Of a stretch of 64,000 nucleotides of DNA, positions 28,536-38,239 are shown one piece after another. The position numbers and the translations under genes were made by a program. The notes under the pieces were generated by a model. That model was not told the DNA's origin, did not search any database, and saw only the letters and a program-made list of their open reading frames with translations. Origin of the DNA: Candidatus Poribacteria bacterium (lineage in GTDB: Bacteria; Poribacteria; WGA-4E; PCPOR2b); the NCBI GenBank assembly GCA_965215015.1, contig OZ244042.1, positions 5,722,016 to 5,786,015 of the forward strand, in the 5' to 3' direction. The stretch's first letter is position 1; each line of letters begins with the position of its first letter.

Positions 28536-29177
28536 TTAACTCGTCCATCGGACGGTTTCGCTTAAGGGTTTTCGTTCGGGCGTTGGTACTTCAGCTGGAT
28601 AGCCCATGTAATAAAATCCGATGATATACTCCTGATCGGCATCAATATCGAGCAGATCGTAGGTATTCTGCTCCATCGTGATTGCGCCGGTGCTCCACTG
28701 CATCCCGACCCCTCGTTCCCAACCCGCCAGTTGAATATTCAACATAGCGCAGCAGGCCGCCGCGTAGTCTTCACGCTTCCGTTGTTCATCTCCGTCTTGG
28801 AGGCACGAAACCGCTACAATTGTGGGTTTGGAGGTGAACTTCTTGAAGCCTTGTTCCCCAACCTTGGCAAGGGTTTCCTCATCCGCAGCTGCGGCTGCCT
28901 TCGGGTTGGACGTAATTTTTTCAATCTGGATTTCACGATACCGTTCAGCAAGGATGAGTTTCGTTTCTTCGCCGATGACGGTGAATCGCCACGGCTCGGT
29001 TAGGTGGTGATTGGGGCTCCAAATACCTGCTTCAAGAACTTCTTCAAGGACATCTTGGGGCACCGGGTCGGGCTTAAAATGAAAAATCGTCCGGCGAGAT
29101 CGAATCGCCTCTGTAACAGGGAATCTCTGATCGGTTGGAGCAGAATGTATCTCAGTCGTCAAATTATCTTGACTCAT
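28536..29177 (-). CDS. nitroreductase-family flavoprotein
   Basis: 213 aa with nitroreductase-fold motifs (RRTIFHFKPDPVP...; PWRFTVI). AAGGAGG RBS. Confidence 0.8.
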   Translation of the reverse strand: MSQDNLTTEIHSAPTDQRFPVTEAIRSRRTIFHFKPDPVPQDVLEEVLEAGIWSPNHHLTEPWRFTVIGEETKLILAERYREIQIEKITSNPKAAAAADEETLAKVGEQGFKKFTSKPTIVAVSCLQDGDEQRKREDYAAACCAMLNIQLAGWERGVGMQWSTGAITMEQNTYDLLDIDADQEYIIGFYYMGYPAEVPTPERKPLSETVRWTS

Positions 29178-29520
29178 CGTTTCCTCCTTTTTTTGAAAAT
29201 GAGTCTCACTTTCAATTAAAATTTGAAAAGATTATAACCCCATGGCGAACATTTGTCAAGAGGTTTCTCGCAAAAAAATGCAAGTAACTAGTAAATTGTA
29301 TTATGCGTTTTTAAAAAATACAGGTTAGCAATGTCGGCTCGATTTGGCCCTAACAGCATTATCACTCCAGTGAAAGTGTTATGGATTTTTTTAGGGCTAT
29401 TTAGTTTTCCGTTTTTTGACCGATTTTGGTGGGTAGACGGAAGATTGTCCCTACATCGTAGGCGTGGCATCTTGCCCCGTTCAAAGAATTCAACGACCGT
29501 ATGGATTTCTTTGAATAGGG

Positions 29521-29549
29521 TTGACCTCACCAATGTCGTGTGATATACT
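29521..29549 (+). promoter_or_regulatory. sigma70-type promoter TTGACC, 17-nt spacer, TATACT upstream of the aldo/keto reductase, followed by a GATGGTATAACCATC dyad in the leader
   Basis: Hexamers read directly (29521-29526 and 29544-29549). A palindromic GATGG...CCATC element lies between the promoter and the RBS. Confidence 0.5.
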
Positions 29550-29612
29550 GTCCACGAAGATAAGTCAATCATAAGGATGGTATAACCATCTTTAATCCAA
29601 AGGAGTCATTCA

Positions 29613-30374
29613 ATGCAAGTTGTAGATCTTGGTAGAACAGGGCTGCGGGTTTCGCGGCTTTCGATTGGAACAGGTACGCACGGATGGGGTGGAAAATCGG
29701 ATCAGACAGCATTGGGGTTGAAGGGATTGGTGGACCTACTCCACTTTGCCCATGACCAAGGCGTGACCTTTTGGGATGCCGCGGATCAATATGGCAGCCA
29801 TTCCTATATCAAGGAAGCCCTCAAGGGATTAGATCGATCTTCAATCGTCATCACGACAAAAACTGTTTCCCGCACGAGGGGATCAGTTGAAAATGATATC
29901 AAACGCTTCTTGAAGGAGATTGGATCGGACTATGTGGATATTGTGTTGCTGCACTGCCTCACTGAATTCGATTGGCCCACGCGCTATCCGGATGCAATGG
30001 AAGCCTTAACGCGGTGTAAGGAGCAAGGACTCATACGCGCGCACGGCGTTTCGTGCCACGACTATGGCGCATTTCAAACAGCTGCCATGACCAAATGGGT
30101 CGAGGTTGTACTAGCCCGGATTAATTACACCGGAGTCCACATGGACGCATCACCTGCGGACGTTATCCGGACGATGGAACAGATGGCAGCGTTTGGCAAA
30201 GGTATCTACGGCATGAAGGTACTTGGACAGAGCAAGCTAGCTGAAGAGGATGGCCCGAGAAAGGGTATCGAATTTGTCATGGGCCTGCCTTGTGTTCACG
30301 CGATGACAATTGGTATGACGAGCCAGCACGAAGTTGAAGAAAACGTTGCAATTGTCAATGAACTCGCTGATTAA
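29613..30374 (+). CDS. aldo/keto reductase family oxidoreductase
   Basis: AKR motifs (LGTGTHGWGG..., catalytic tetrad context DAADQYG, HC...). AAAGGAG RBS. Confidence 0.85.
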   Translation: MQVVDLGRTGLRVSRLSIGTGTHGWGGKSDQTALGLKGLVDLLHFAHDQGVTFWDAADQYGSHSYIKEALKGLDRSSIVITTKTVSRTRGSVENDIKRFLKEIGSDYVDIVLLHCLTEFDWPTRYPDAMEALTRCKEQGLIRAHGVSCHDYGAFQTAAMTKWVEVVLARINYTGVHMDASPADVIRTMEQMAAFGKGIYGMKVLGQSKLAEEDGPRKGIEFVMGLPCVHAMTIGMTSQHEVEENVAIVNELAD

Positions 30375-30411
30375 CCCAAGTCCCTACTTATTTTGGTAAA
30401 GGAGATTATCT

Positions 30412-31605
30412 TTGAAACTATTCGGTTTGAAGATCTCTAGTCTCTTTGTCTGTACTATTGCTGTGATTTTCTTTCAGTTTTCCTTACAGCTCCCGGCGCA
30501 AACTTTGGATCAGGCAGAACAGTGGCAGCGCGAGCATGAGGGGAAAAAGGAGGAAAAGCGTAGTCTGAAAAAACGAAGGGACTCAACTATCGAAAAGGAA
30601 CAAGGGGTCTTGCAGAAACTACAGGAGATTGAATCCAAGTTAGCCGCCAACGAAAAAGAACTTGCTCGTTATCAGCAAGAGATTGAAAATCATAAACTCA
30701 ACGCGGCGGAACTTCAAAGAGAATTGAGAGAATTGGTTTCTAAAGACAAGGAACAAAAGAAACGGACTGTAAGTCGAATTCGTGCTATCTATAAGCTGGG
30801 TTATAATGGGAATCATCAGCACATGTTGAAGATGTTGCTTGGTGCTCAAGATTTACAAGACCTTGTGAAAAAGTATAAGTACATGGACGTTATTGCCGAA
30901 GCAGATCAAGATATGCTAAAGCGAATACAACTTCGACAGGAAGAAATTTCGCAAACCTCCCATGAACTTGTTCGCCAGATCCAATTGAAAAAGGAGGCAA
31001 CGAAAGCTAGGCAAATCGAACGTTTACAGCTGCTCGATCAAGAGCGGAAGCGTCAACAGCTACTGCATAAGTACCGGACAGAGAAAGGGATTCATAGCCA
31101 AGCGATAAGGGAGTTAGACGCTGCTGTTGCACAGTTGGAGGAACGCCTCGGAATCATCAGCGAGGCACATCTTATAGAACAAGCGGAAACGATTAAAAGT
31201 ATTCGGCCCGCGCTGTTTGGCAAACTCCCTTGGCCCGTTGTTGGAGTGATTGTGCCGAACCGAACAGACACCGACCGCGGTCTCACCATTCGAGCAAAAA
31301 AAGGGGTACCCGTACGATGTGTTGCAGATGGTATTGTTGCAAATATCAGACCAATCTTTAGCTATGGCAACACGGTTATTGTTTTCCACGGAAATGGATA
31401 TACCTCCCTGTATGCACATCTGTCAGGTGCATCCGTGAAACAGGGGGATACTGTTCGAGGGAAACAAGTTCTCGGAACCGTCGGCGAAACCGGGTCGTTG
31501 ATTGGCCCAGTGCTTTACTTCCAACTCTGGCAATACCCTAAATCTTTGAATAAGGGACCTGAACCTTTGAATACGCGAAGGTGGTTGACAAGAAACATGA
31601 GGTGA
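30412..31605 (+). CDS. M23/LytM-domain peptidase with N-terminal signal peptide and long coiled coil (EnvC-like murein hydrolase activator or peptidase)
   Basis: TTG start with a signal peptide, a coiled coil of about 230 aa (heptad-rich Q/E/K/L), and a C-terminal LytM domain (GIVANIRPIFSYGNTVIVFHGNGYTSLYAHL). Confidence 0.75.
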   Translation: MKLFGLKISSLFVCTIAVIFFQFSLQLPAQTLDQAEQWQREHEGKKEEKRSLKKRRDSTIEKEQGVLQKLQEIESKLAANEKELARYQQEIENHKLNAAELQRELRELVSKDKEQKKRTVSRIRAIYKLGYNGNHQHMLKMLLGAQDLQDLVKKYKYMDVIAEADQDMLKRIQLRQEEISQTSHELVRQIQLKKEATKARQIERLQLLDQERKRQQLLHKYRTEKGIHSQAIRELDAAVAQLEERLGIISEAHLIEQAETIKSIRPALFGKLPWPVVGVIVPNRTDTDRGLTIRAKKGVPVRCVADGIVANIRPIFSYGNTVIVFHGNGYTSLYAHLSGASVKQGDTVRGKQVLGTVGETGSLIGPVLYFQLWQYPKSLNKGPEPLNTRRWLTRNMR

Positions 31606-31651
31606 TATGAGCGGCCTTTCAATCGACATCCCGATTGGTAGGGAGCAAAAT

Positions 31652-33103
31652 ATGGCATACAAATACGAATACGAAACCGTTATTGGTCTGGAGATTCACG
31701 CTGAATTATCGACAAACAGCAAACTCTTTTGCAACTGTGAGGTGGAGTTCGGATCTGAGGCAAATACGCGAACCTGCCCCATCTGTTTGGGGATGCCCGG
31801 TGTGCTGCCTGTGATGAATCAGCGGGCGGTCGAGTTCTCCATTCGCGCCGCTTTAGGATTGAATTGCAAAATTGCGTCTTACAGCAAGTTCGATCGGAAA
31901 AATTACTTCTATCCAGATTTGCCCAAAGGTTACCAAATCTCACAGTATGATCTACCCCTTGCCTACGACGGCTATGTTGATTATGAACTGGAGGGTGAGA
32001 CAAAACGCGTTCGTATTAATCGCATCCATCTAGAGGAGGATGCGGGAAAGCTAGTCCATGCAGACATAACGGGAAACCCAAATCAGAGCTATGTGGACTT
32101 CAACCGTTCATGTGTGCCGCTGTTAGAGATTGTCAGCGAGCCCGATCTACGTTCTCCCGAAGAAGCGATCGCCTATTGGCGTGCTGTCAAAGAAATCCTA
32201 GAATATGTTGAAGTCAGCGATTGCAACATGGAAGAGGGAAGTTTCCGCTGTGATGCGAACATCTCCCTGCGTCCCGTCGGTAGCAAAGAGTTGGGGACAC
32301 GGACTGAATTAAAAAATAAAAATTCATTTCAGCATGTGCTGACTGCCTTGGAATACGAGGAGAAGCGCCAAGCGCGGATTCTCGATCAGGGGGGGCAAGT
32401 TATCCAAGAAACCGTGCTGTTTGATATCAACACCGGCAGGACCGCATCGATGCGAAGCAAAGAGGAAGCCCACGATTATCGCTACTTTCCTGAACCCGAC
32501 CTTGTTCCTTTTGAGGTAGACGCAGCAGAAGTTGAACGTATCCGATCAGCGTTACCGGAATTACCCGCCGAGCGTCGCAAGCGTTTTGTGGAAGCATATG
32601 GCATTCCCACTTACGATGCAGAATTTCTTACTGCCACGCGGCAGCTAGCGGACTTTTTCGACGAAACAGCACGGCTCAGTGGCGATCCGAAGTCAAGCAG
32701 TAACTGGATCATGAGTGACCTATCGGGGTTGTTGAACAATGCAGGGATAGAGATTCAGGATACTAAAATAACTCCCGCTCATCTCAGCGAACTGATTCAA
32801 CTTATTAAAAATCAAACAATCAGCGGCAAAATTGCTAAATCTGTCCTACCCGATGTTTTTGAAACCGGTAAAACTCCAAAGCAAATCGTCGAGGAGAAAG
32901 GACTGGCACAGATTTCCGACGCCTCTGCGATCGAATCAGTCGTTGATCAGGTCATCGGAGAAAATCCGGGACCCGCACAAGATTATCGGGACGGGAAGCA
33001 GAAGGCAATCGGTTTCCTCGTCGGTCAGGTGATGAAAGCGACCAGAGGCAAAGCCAACCCGCAGATGGTCAACCAACTCTTGCGCCAGAAACTTGATGAG
33101 TAA
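31652..33103 (+). CDS. gatB: Asp-tRNA(Asn)/Glu-tRNA(Gln) amidotransferase subunit B (alternative in-frame start at 31607 also possible)
   Basis: MAYKYEYETVIGLEIHAEL... matches the conserved GatB N-terminus. The C-terminal YqeY-like tail is present. GGGAG RBS 6 nt before 31652. GAGG lies 4 nt before the alternative ATG at 31607. Confidence 0.88.
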   Translation: MAYKYEYETVIGLEIHAELSTNSKLFCNCEVEFGSEANTRTCPICLGMPGVLPVMNQRAVEFSIRAALGLNCKIASYSKFDRKNYFYPDLPKGYQISQYDLPLAYDGYVDYELEGETKRVRINRIHLEEDAGKLVHADITGNPNQSYVDFNRSCVPLLEIVSEPDLRSPEEAIAYWRAVKEILEYVEVSDCNMEEGSFRCDANISLRPVGSKELGTRTELKNKNSFQHVLTALEYEEKRQARILDQGGQVIQETVLFDINTGRTASMRSKEEAHDYRYFPEPDLVPFEVDAAEVERIRSALPELPAERRKRFVEAYGIPTYDAEFLTATRQLADFFDETARLSGDPKSSSNWIMSDLSGLLNNAGIEIQDTKITPAHLSELIQLIKNQTISGKIAKSVLPDVFETGKTPKQIVEEKGLAQISDASAIESVVDQVIGENPGPAQDYRDGKQKAIGFLVGQVMKATRGKANPQMVNQLLRQKLDE

Positions 33104-33141
33104 GGTGCCATCAAAAGACTCGTCAAAGCCCCAGTGTTATC

Positions 33142-34239
33142 ATGACAATCCACAGCAAGCGATATTATCAGGAGGCAGATAAAATCAACCTAAAAGGGTT
33201 GACACTGTTTGAATTGGAAGAACTCTTCACACAGTGGGGCGAACCGAAGTATCGTGCACAGCAACTGATGTCATGGATGTATCGCAGGCGGGTGGGGACA
33301 TTCGAGGCAATGACGAACCTGTCCCATAAGCTAAGGCAGAGGTTGGCGAATCTGGCTTACATCAACGAGGCACGTATCCTCACGCGCACAACCTCCAACA
33401 CCGACACAGCAATCAAATACCTGTTTGAGCTCACTGATGGCAGCCGGGTCGAAAGCGTTTTGATGTATGATCAAGACCGAATTACGGTCTGCCTCTCCTC
33501 ACAGGTGGGCTGCGCGATGGCATGTGATTTTTGCGCGACCGCGAAGATGGGATTTTTTCGTAACTTGACGGTGGCGGAGATTTTGGACCAGTTGATAACA
33601 ATTGAACGTGAAATGGACGATGAAAAAGGTGTGACGCATGTTGTGTTCATGGGGATGGGAGAGCCGCTGGCGAACTACGATCAGACCGTGAAGGCAATCC
33701 GTTTGATGACGGACGCGAATGGGTTAGGGATATCTGAGGGGAAAATCACCGTCTCCACCTCCGGTTTAGCCCGTCGCATACGGCAATTTACCCGCGAGCG
33801 GCTCAAGTGCAATCTCGCCCTTTCGTTAAATGCCACAACCGATGAAGCCCGCACCCACCTGATGCCAATCAACGCCAAATATCCAATTAATGAAGTCCTC
33901 GACGCTACGCGGGAATGGGCACTTACAACACAACGTCCCGCCACGCTCGAATACGTTCTAATCCGCGGTGTGAATGACAGTGTTGCAGACGCCAAACGCC
34001 TCCGCAAACTGATGGGGCAGCTGCCGTGCAAGCTAAACCTCATCCCGTTCAACGAGATCGAAGGTGCGGATTTTCAACGTCCCAAACTCGATCAGATTGA
34101 GCGATTTCGCCGCATTGTTGCTGATGGGCACCATGTCGCACCGATCCGATTCAGCAAAGGCAGAGACATCGCCGCCGCCTGTGGTCAACTCCGAACAATT
34201 TACGAGAAACAGGGGGCGATGCTAGCTCAAGTATCATAG
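33142..34239 (+). CDS. rlmN: 23S rRNA m2A2503 / tRNA m2A37 methyltransferase, radical SAM
   Basis: CxxxCxxC radical-SAM cluster (GCAMACDFC), the catalytic Cys region near the C-terminus, and the conserved N-terminus (ELFTQWGEPKYRAQQL). Confidence 0.9.
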   Translation: MTIHSKRYYQEADKINLKGLTLFELEELFTQWGEPKYRAQQLMSWMYRRRVGTFEAMTNLSHKLRQRLANLAYINEARILTRTTSNTDTAIKYLFELTDGSRVESVLMYDQDRITVCLSSQVGCAMACDFCATAKMGFFRNLTVAEILDQLITIEREMDDEKGVTHVVFMGMGEPLANYDQTVKAIRLMTDANGLGISEGKITVSTSGLARRIRQFTRERLKCNLALSLNATTDEARTHLMPINAKYPINEVLDATREWALTTQRPATLEYVLIRGVNDSVADAKRLRKLMGQLPCKLNLIPFNEIEGADFQRPKLDQIERFRRIVADGHHVAPIRFSKGRDIAAACGQLRTIYEKQGAMLAQVS

Positions 34240-34358
34240 CAAATGCCAATTCATCAACCAGATCGGAGATTTCAGAGAATACAGAGTCTCTGAAATTTTT
34301 GAAAAGACTTTTGTCGATTGTTATCACCCAAACTGAGCTCGTCCCTTTTAATCCTTCC

Positions 34359-34610
34359 TCATGTTGTCGCGAGTTTATCGCGTTTCTTTACAGTGCCAAT
34401 GATGGATTCCGAAATCACTTCAAAGTCATCGATAAGCCCCGTGTCCTGCACGGAATAGTTCACAAGCCCAATTCTGCCACTGCGCTTCTCGCCGTGCCTA
34501 AATTCAATAGTTTTCTCAAGCTGCTCCTCAAGTCCAGCATGGACGACATGCCCATCCCCTCTGACCTCAATTTTGAACTCAAACCACTTATCAACCGGCG
34601 TATGCTCCAC
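34359..34610 (-). CDS. possible small hypothetical ORF (83 aa) or gene remnant; low confidence
   Basis: Protein-like charged composition, but no RBS or homology recognised. It overlaps an opposite-strand ORF of similar length. Confidence 0.2.
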   Translation of the reverse strand: MEHTPVDKWFEFKIEVRGDGHVVHAGLEEQLEKTIEFRHGEKRSGRIGLVNYSVQDTGLIDDFEVISESIIGTVKKRDKLATT

Positions 34611-34901
34611 CCGGGGATCTGCTTATTGATTGTGAGTTCCCACGCCTTACCAATTCGCTTGTAACTTTTGTGATATATCCTCATCGTACCCCCCTAGGTG
34701 GGACATCAATAGCAGAAACATGAACATGGTAGTGTGGTAAATTGGGAGATTCTTCCAGACGATAAAACACACCCACTTCGCAAACCTGACCCTCAATCCA
34801 CTTGAGTCTTTGACACACTTCCCCACCTTCTTAAAGGGTAGGGATTTTTGTTCGTTGCTTTAGGGTGTTGAATTGCTTTATCAACGAAGTTAGCTCCGAT
34901 T

Positions 34902-35162
34902 CTACTGGAGACTTACGCCCCCTTCTGAGCGGGTGGATGCCCCAACCCTATAGATATTAACCGCCGCATTGTGGTCTCTATCCAACTGTATATCACAGCT
35001 TGGACACTGCCAGGTTTTATCACGAAGGTTCAGGCCTTGATTGATTGCACCGCAAACATGATAAGTCTTACGGGAAGGATACCACTTGGCTATGGATCGA
35101 ATTTCCCTAATTTTCTTAGAAGCGATATACTTCAGTTTCTGCACAAAATCGGAGCCCCCCAA
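34902..35162 (-). pseudogene. tnpB: C-terminal fragment (RuvC-III plus zinc finger) of an IS200/IS605-family TnpB (OrfB) transposase-associated nuclease; remnant of a decayed IS element
   Basis: ...CGAINQGLNLRDKTWQCPSCDIQLDRDHNAAVNIYRVG matches the TnpB C-terminal consensus (CxxCG...R...CxxCG..DRDxNAAxNI). Stop codons lie immediately upstream and no TnpA is present. Confidence 0.6.
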
Positions 35163-35434
35163 TCACTGACCTTCCGTCCCCAAAGGCTTTTTATGCCCTA
35201 CTGGTTGAGGGGCTCCAGTGAAATTCAATTATATCTATCTGTGAGATCATGGACAAGTTCCCAATGGAAATTAGCCCGTTGATTCGCAATCTTGCGGTGT
35301 TTCCAAGCAAGATTGATTTACGCGCCCTTTTCTGGTGTTGGCATTGAGCCTTCAACTGCGTAAGTCCTAAACCGTTTTCTGAATTGGCTAGTATTGATTT
35401 TCACATCAATTGCTTTCTTTATATAAAGCACCAA

Positions 35435-35463
35435 TTGAAAAATGATTCAATGTAGGTTATAAT
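35435..35463 (+). promoter_or_regulatory. sigma70-type promoter TTGAAA, 17-nt spacer, TATAAT upstream of the batC-like gene
   Basis: Hexamers read directly (35435-35440 and 35458-35463), 66 nt upstream of the ATG at 35530. Confidence 0.45.
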
Positions 35464-35529
35464 AGCAAAGATGGTGTAAAAATTCGGTACAAATTCTGTA
35501 GAAATATAATTACAGAGAGCAGCAAGAAG

Positions 35530-36339
35530 ATGAGTGTAAAATCATCGCAACCCATTATTCGTCCTTTGCATTACGTACTCCTGATTTTATCCCTCTTTCT
35601 CATTGGCTGGATAGGTAGTTGGTCTCAGACGATTAAGCGTGGAAATATACACTATGAGGCAGGGGCGTACGACGCCGCGCTCGAAGCCTACCTATCAGCA
35701 GCAAAAGATCGACCTGAAGATGCGATTTCCCGCTACAATCTGGGGGCAGCACTATACCAAAGAGAGGAATTTGAGAAAGCGGCAGATGAATTTAGGCGGT
35801 CACTCGACGCAGCAGATCCAATCTATAGGGCGCAAGGATACTACAATTTGGGCAATACCCAAGCGCAACTCAATGATATAGAGGGGGCAATTCGATCCTA
35901 CAAAAGTGCATTGCGCTTGAACCCAACGGATTTGGACACCAAGCATAACCTAGAACTTGCACTTGAGAAGTTGGAACAAAATTCGCAGCAGAACCAATCA
36001 AACTCCGGAGATGAGGGCAAAGACCGGCAGGAACAAGATTCGCAACAACAGAATCAGGATCCACAGGACAGCGACGAACAGGAACCGAATCAGCAAAATC
36101 GGGAGCAGCCGGCAGAATCGAATCAACAGCAACCGAATCACGAATCATCGGAGCAGGAAGCCACCTCTGAAGCATCTCCACCGCAAAAAGGACAGGAGTC
36201 CATGCAGCAGTCAGCTAGAATGTCCAAGGAAGATGCCATTCGACTGTTAGAGGCTGTCAAAGATAATGAAAAAGAGATTCAGAAGAAATTATTACAAAAA
36301 CGATTTTCGAGGCGTCGGCGAACTGAGAAGGATTGGTAG
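35530..36339 (+). CDS. BatC-like TPR protein with an N-terminal TM helix and an acidic Q/N/E-rich low-complexity tail
   Basis: TPR repeats (AISRYNLGAALYQREEFEKAADEFRRSL...; YYNLGNTQAQLNDIEGAIRSYKSALRLNP). Gene order TPR, BatD, TPR+SH3 as in Bacteroides aerotolerance (bat) operons. Confidence 0.6.
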   Translation: MSVKSSQPIIRPLHYVLLILSLFLIGWIGSWSQTIKRGNIHYEAGAYDAALEAYLSAAKDRPEDAISRYNLGAALYQREEFEKAADEFRRSLDAADPIYRAQGYYNLGNTQAQLNDIEGAIRSYKSALRLNPTDLDTKHNLELALEKLEQNSQQNQSNSGDEGKDRQEQDSQQQNQDPQDSDEQEPNQQNREQPAESNQQQPNHESSEQEATSEASPPQKGQESMQQSARMSKEDAIRLLEAVKDNEKEIQKKLLQKRFSRRRRTEKDW

Positions 36340-36355
36340 GAGGTAAGGCAAAAAT

Positions 36356-38203
36356 ATGGGGACCAGGGAAGCACAGAACAAAGCGTTCAAAGGTTCAGGT
36401 GTTTGGAGATTAAGGCGTTCATCTGTACTTCACGTTTCATGTTTCGCGCTTTTTGAATTCTTGTTTTTCATTCTTTTCGACAACGTTGCTTATAGCCAAG
36501 ACATCACTGTATCAGCAGATGTCACTCCTAAAATTATTAGTCTCAACGAAACGGCGACTTTGCGTATAACGATTTCCGCTAATCAGCAACTGGGAAATGT
36601 TGCACCGCCAAAGCTAAAGGCATTGCCGGAATTCAAGGTTTCTTACGGCGGTTCATCCAGCCAATACAATCTCTCCGGCAATCAGTTGTCTGTGTCGGTG
36701 ACTTGGACTTACCTGTTGAGACCTAAGAAGGTGGGACAATTTACGGTGCCGGAGATTCACATCTCCCATGGCAACAAAACCTACGCGGTAGATCCGTTAC
36801 CCATCAAAGTGTTACCGCAAGCTAAGAGCCCTTTCCAAACTAAATCGACACAAAATGCTTTAACGGACACATTTTCTAGCAGTACACATAAAGTTGAAGC
36901 CTCTGTCGATAATTCACGCCCCTATGTCAACGAGCAGATCATATATACCTTTCGGTATCTTTATACCGCCCGCATCCCAAGTTTCACCACTCCCAAATAC
37001 ACGCCGCCTTCCTTGAGGCAGTTTTGGACGACAGAATTGGAAAGGAAACAGGGGCACCGGCAAGTGATTGATGGAACCCTCTACCGGATTGAGGAGATTC
37101 AGGTTGGGTTGTTTGCAATTACCGCTGGTAAAGTCACAATTGAGCCGGCGAAGCTATCACTCCCGCTTGCTGCGAGGCGGGGTCTCCCCCAAACGTCCAA
37201 AGTGCTTGTCACAGACCCGGTTGAAGTCAATGTTCGTCCGCTCCCCCAGAAGGGTAAACCTACAGACTTTGCAGGCACCGTCGGTCAATATCGTATCCAT
37301 GCACAAACCAATCAGCAGACAATCGAAGCGGGGGAAGGATTCACGCTGCGGGTGGAGGTCTCTGGGACAGGGAATATCAAGACAGTTCCCGCCCCAATCG
37401 TTCCTGCGCTTCCAAATATGGCAATATATGACCCTCAGATTACAGATGCCATGAGTGTAGTGGATTCAAAAATTCGAGGAAGGCGCACGTATGAATATGT
37501 TATTATTCCATCAAAGGAAGGGCGGTGGACAATTCCTGCGATTGACTACCCTTATTTCGATCCACAGACGGAGAGCTACCAGGTTGCGCGTACTGTACCC
37601 ATCACTATTAATGTGCTTTCTAACCCGGATGGGACTGCTGGAACAACGCCCCCACATACAACACAATCTGACATACACCTCCTCAAACAGGACATTCGAT
37701 ATATCAAGCCGGATTCGCTTGAATTATCGAATCAACACCTCTACCCTTATAAGCGTGTATCATTTTGGGTTGCCCAGACCTTGCCTGTTGCCATTGTGCT
37801 GTCTGCGTGGTTCTATCGGCAGCGGCAAGCCAAGCGAGATCCCAAACAGCTTCGAGGGCAGTACGCCGCGAAGAACGCCCTGCAAATCATTGAGGCCGCT
37901 GAGAAACACACCACGAATGAACCAATAGCGTTCTATAGCGCGCTCGCCCACGGATTGTACTATTACATTGGAGACATCTTCGATATAGCACCCAGTGGGC
38001 TTAATCCCGAATTGGTACGTCAGCGATGTGAGGGGATGGGCTTTCCTGAATCTGCGACGACACAAATCGTTGAGACACTAACGCAGTGTGACTATGTGCG
38101 GTTCGCACCGGTTGCTGCAAATCCAACAGATATGACAGATGCACTCAACCGGGCGAGGGCAGCGATTAACGAAATTGAGAAGAAACGACAGTTGAAGAGA
38201 TAA
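36356..38203 (+). CDS. BatD-like protein (N-terminal signal or TM, large extracytoplasmic beta-rich domain, C-terminal TM helix and cytoplasmic tail)
   Basis: 615 aa. Architecture and local similarity (…VSYGGSSSQYNLSGNQL…; FTVPEIHISHGNKTYAVDPLPIKV) match the BatD family as I recall it. A C-terminal TM helix is present (VAQTLPVAIVLSAWFY). Confidence 0.6.
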   Translation: MGTREAQNKAFKGSGVWRLRRSSVLHVSCFALFEFLFFILFDNVAYSQDITVSADVTPKIISLNETATLRITISANQQLGNVAPPKLKALPEFKVSYGGSSSQYNLSGNQLSVSVTWTYLLRPKKVGQFTVPEIHISHGNKTYAVDPLPIKVLPQAKSPFQTKSTQNALTDTFSSSTHKVEASVDNSRPYVNEQIIYTFRYLYTARIPSFTTPKYTPPSLRQFWTTELERKQGHRQVIDGTLYRIEEIQVGLFAITAGKVTIEPAKLSLPLAARRGLPQTSKVLVTDPVEVNVRPLPQKGKPTDFAGTVGQYRIHAQTNQQTIEAGEGFTLRVEVSGTGNIKTVPAPIVPALPNMAIYDPQITDAMSVVDSKIRGRRTYEYVIIPSKEGRWTIPAIDYPYFDPQTESYQVARTVPITINVLSNPDGTAGTTPPHTTQSDIHLLKQDIRYIKPDSLELSNQHLYPYKRVSFWVAQTLPVAIVLSAWFYRQRQAKRDPKQLRGQYAAKNALQIIEAAEKHTTNEPIAFYSALAHGLYYYIGDIFDIAPSGLNPELVRQRCEGMGFPESATTQIVETLTQCDYVRFAPVAANPTDMTDALNRARAAINEIEKKRQLKR

Positions 38204-38239
38204 TGGACATTATGTACAATAAGTAAGGGGATCTGCAGT

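Noticed and set aside
31607-31651. Longer gatB start at 31607
   Set aside because: It is possible (GAGG 4 nt upstream), but the conserved GatB N-terminus begins at MAYKYEYETVIGLE (31652), which also has a well-spaced GGGAG RBS. I kept it as an alternative only.
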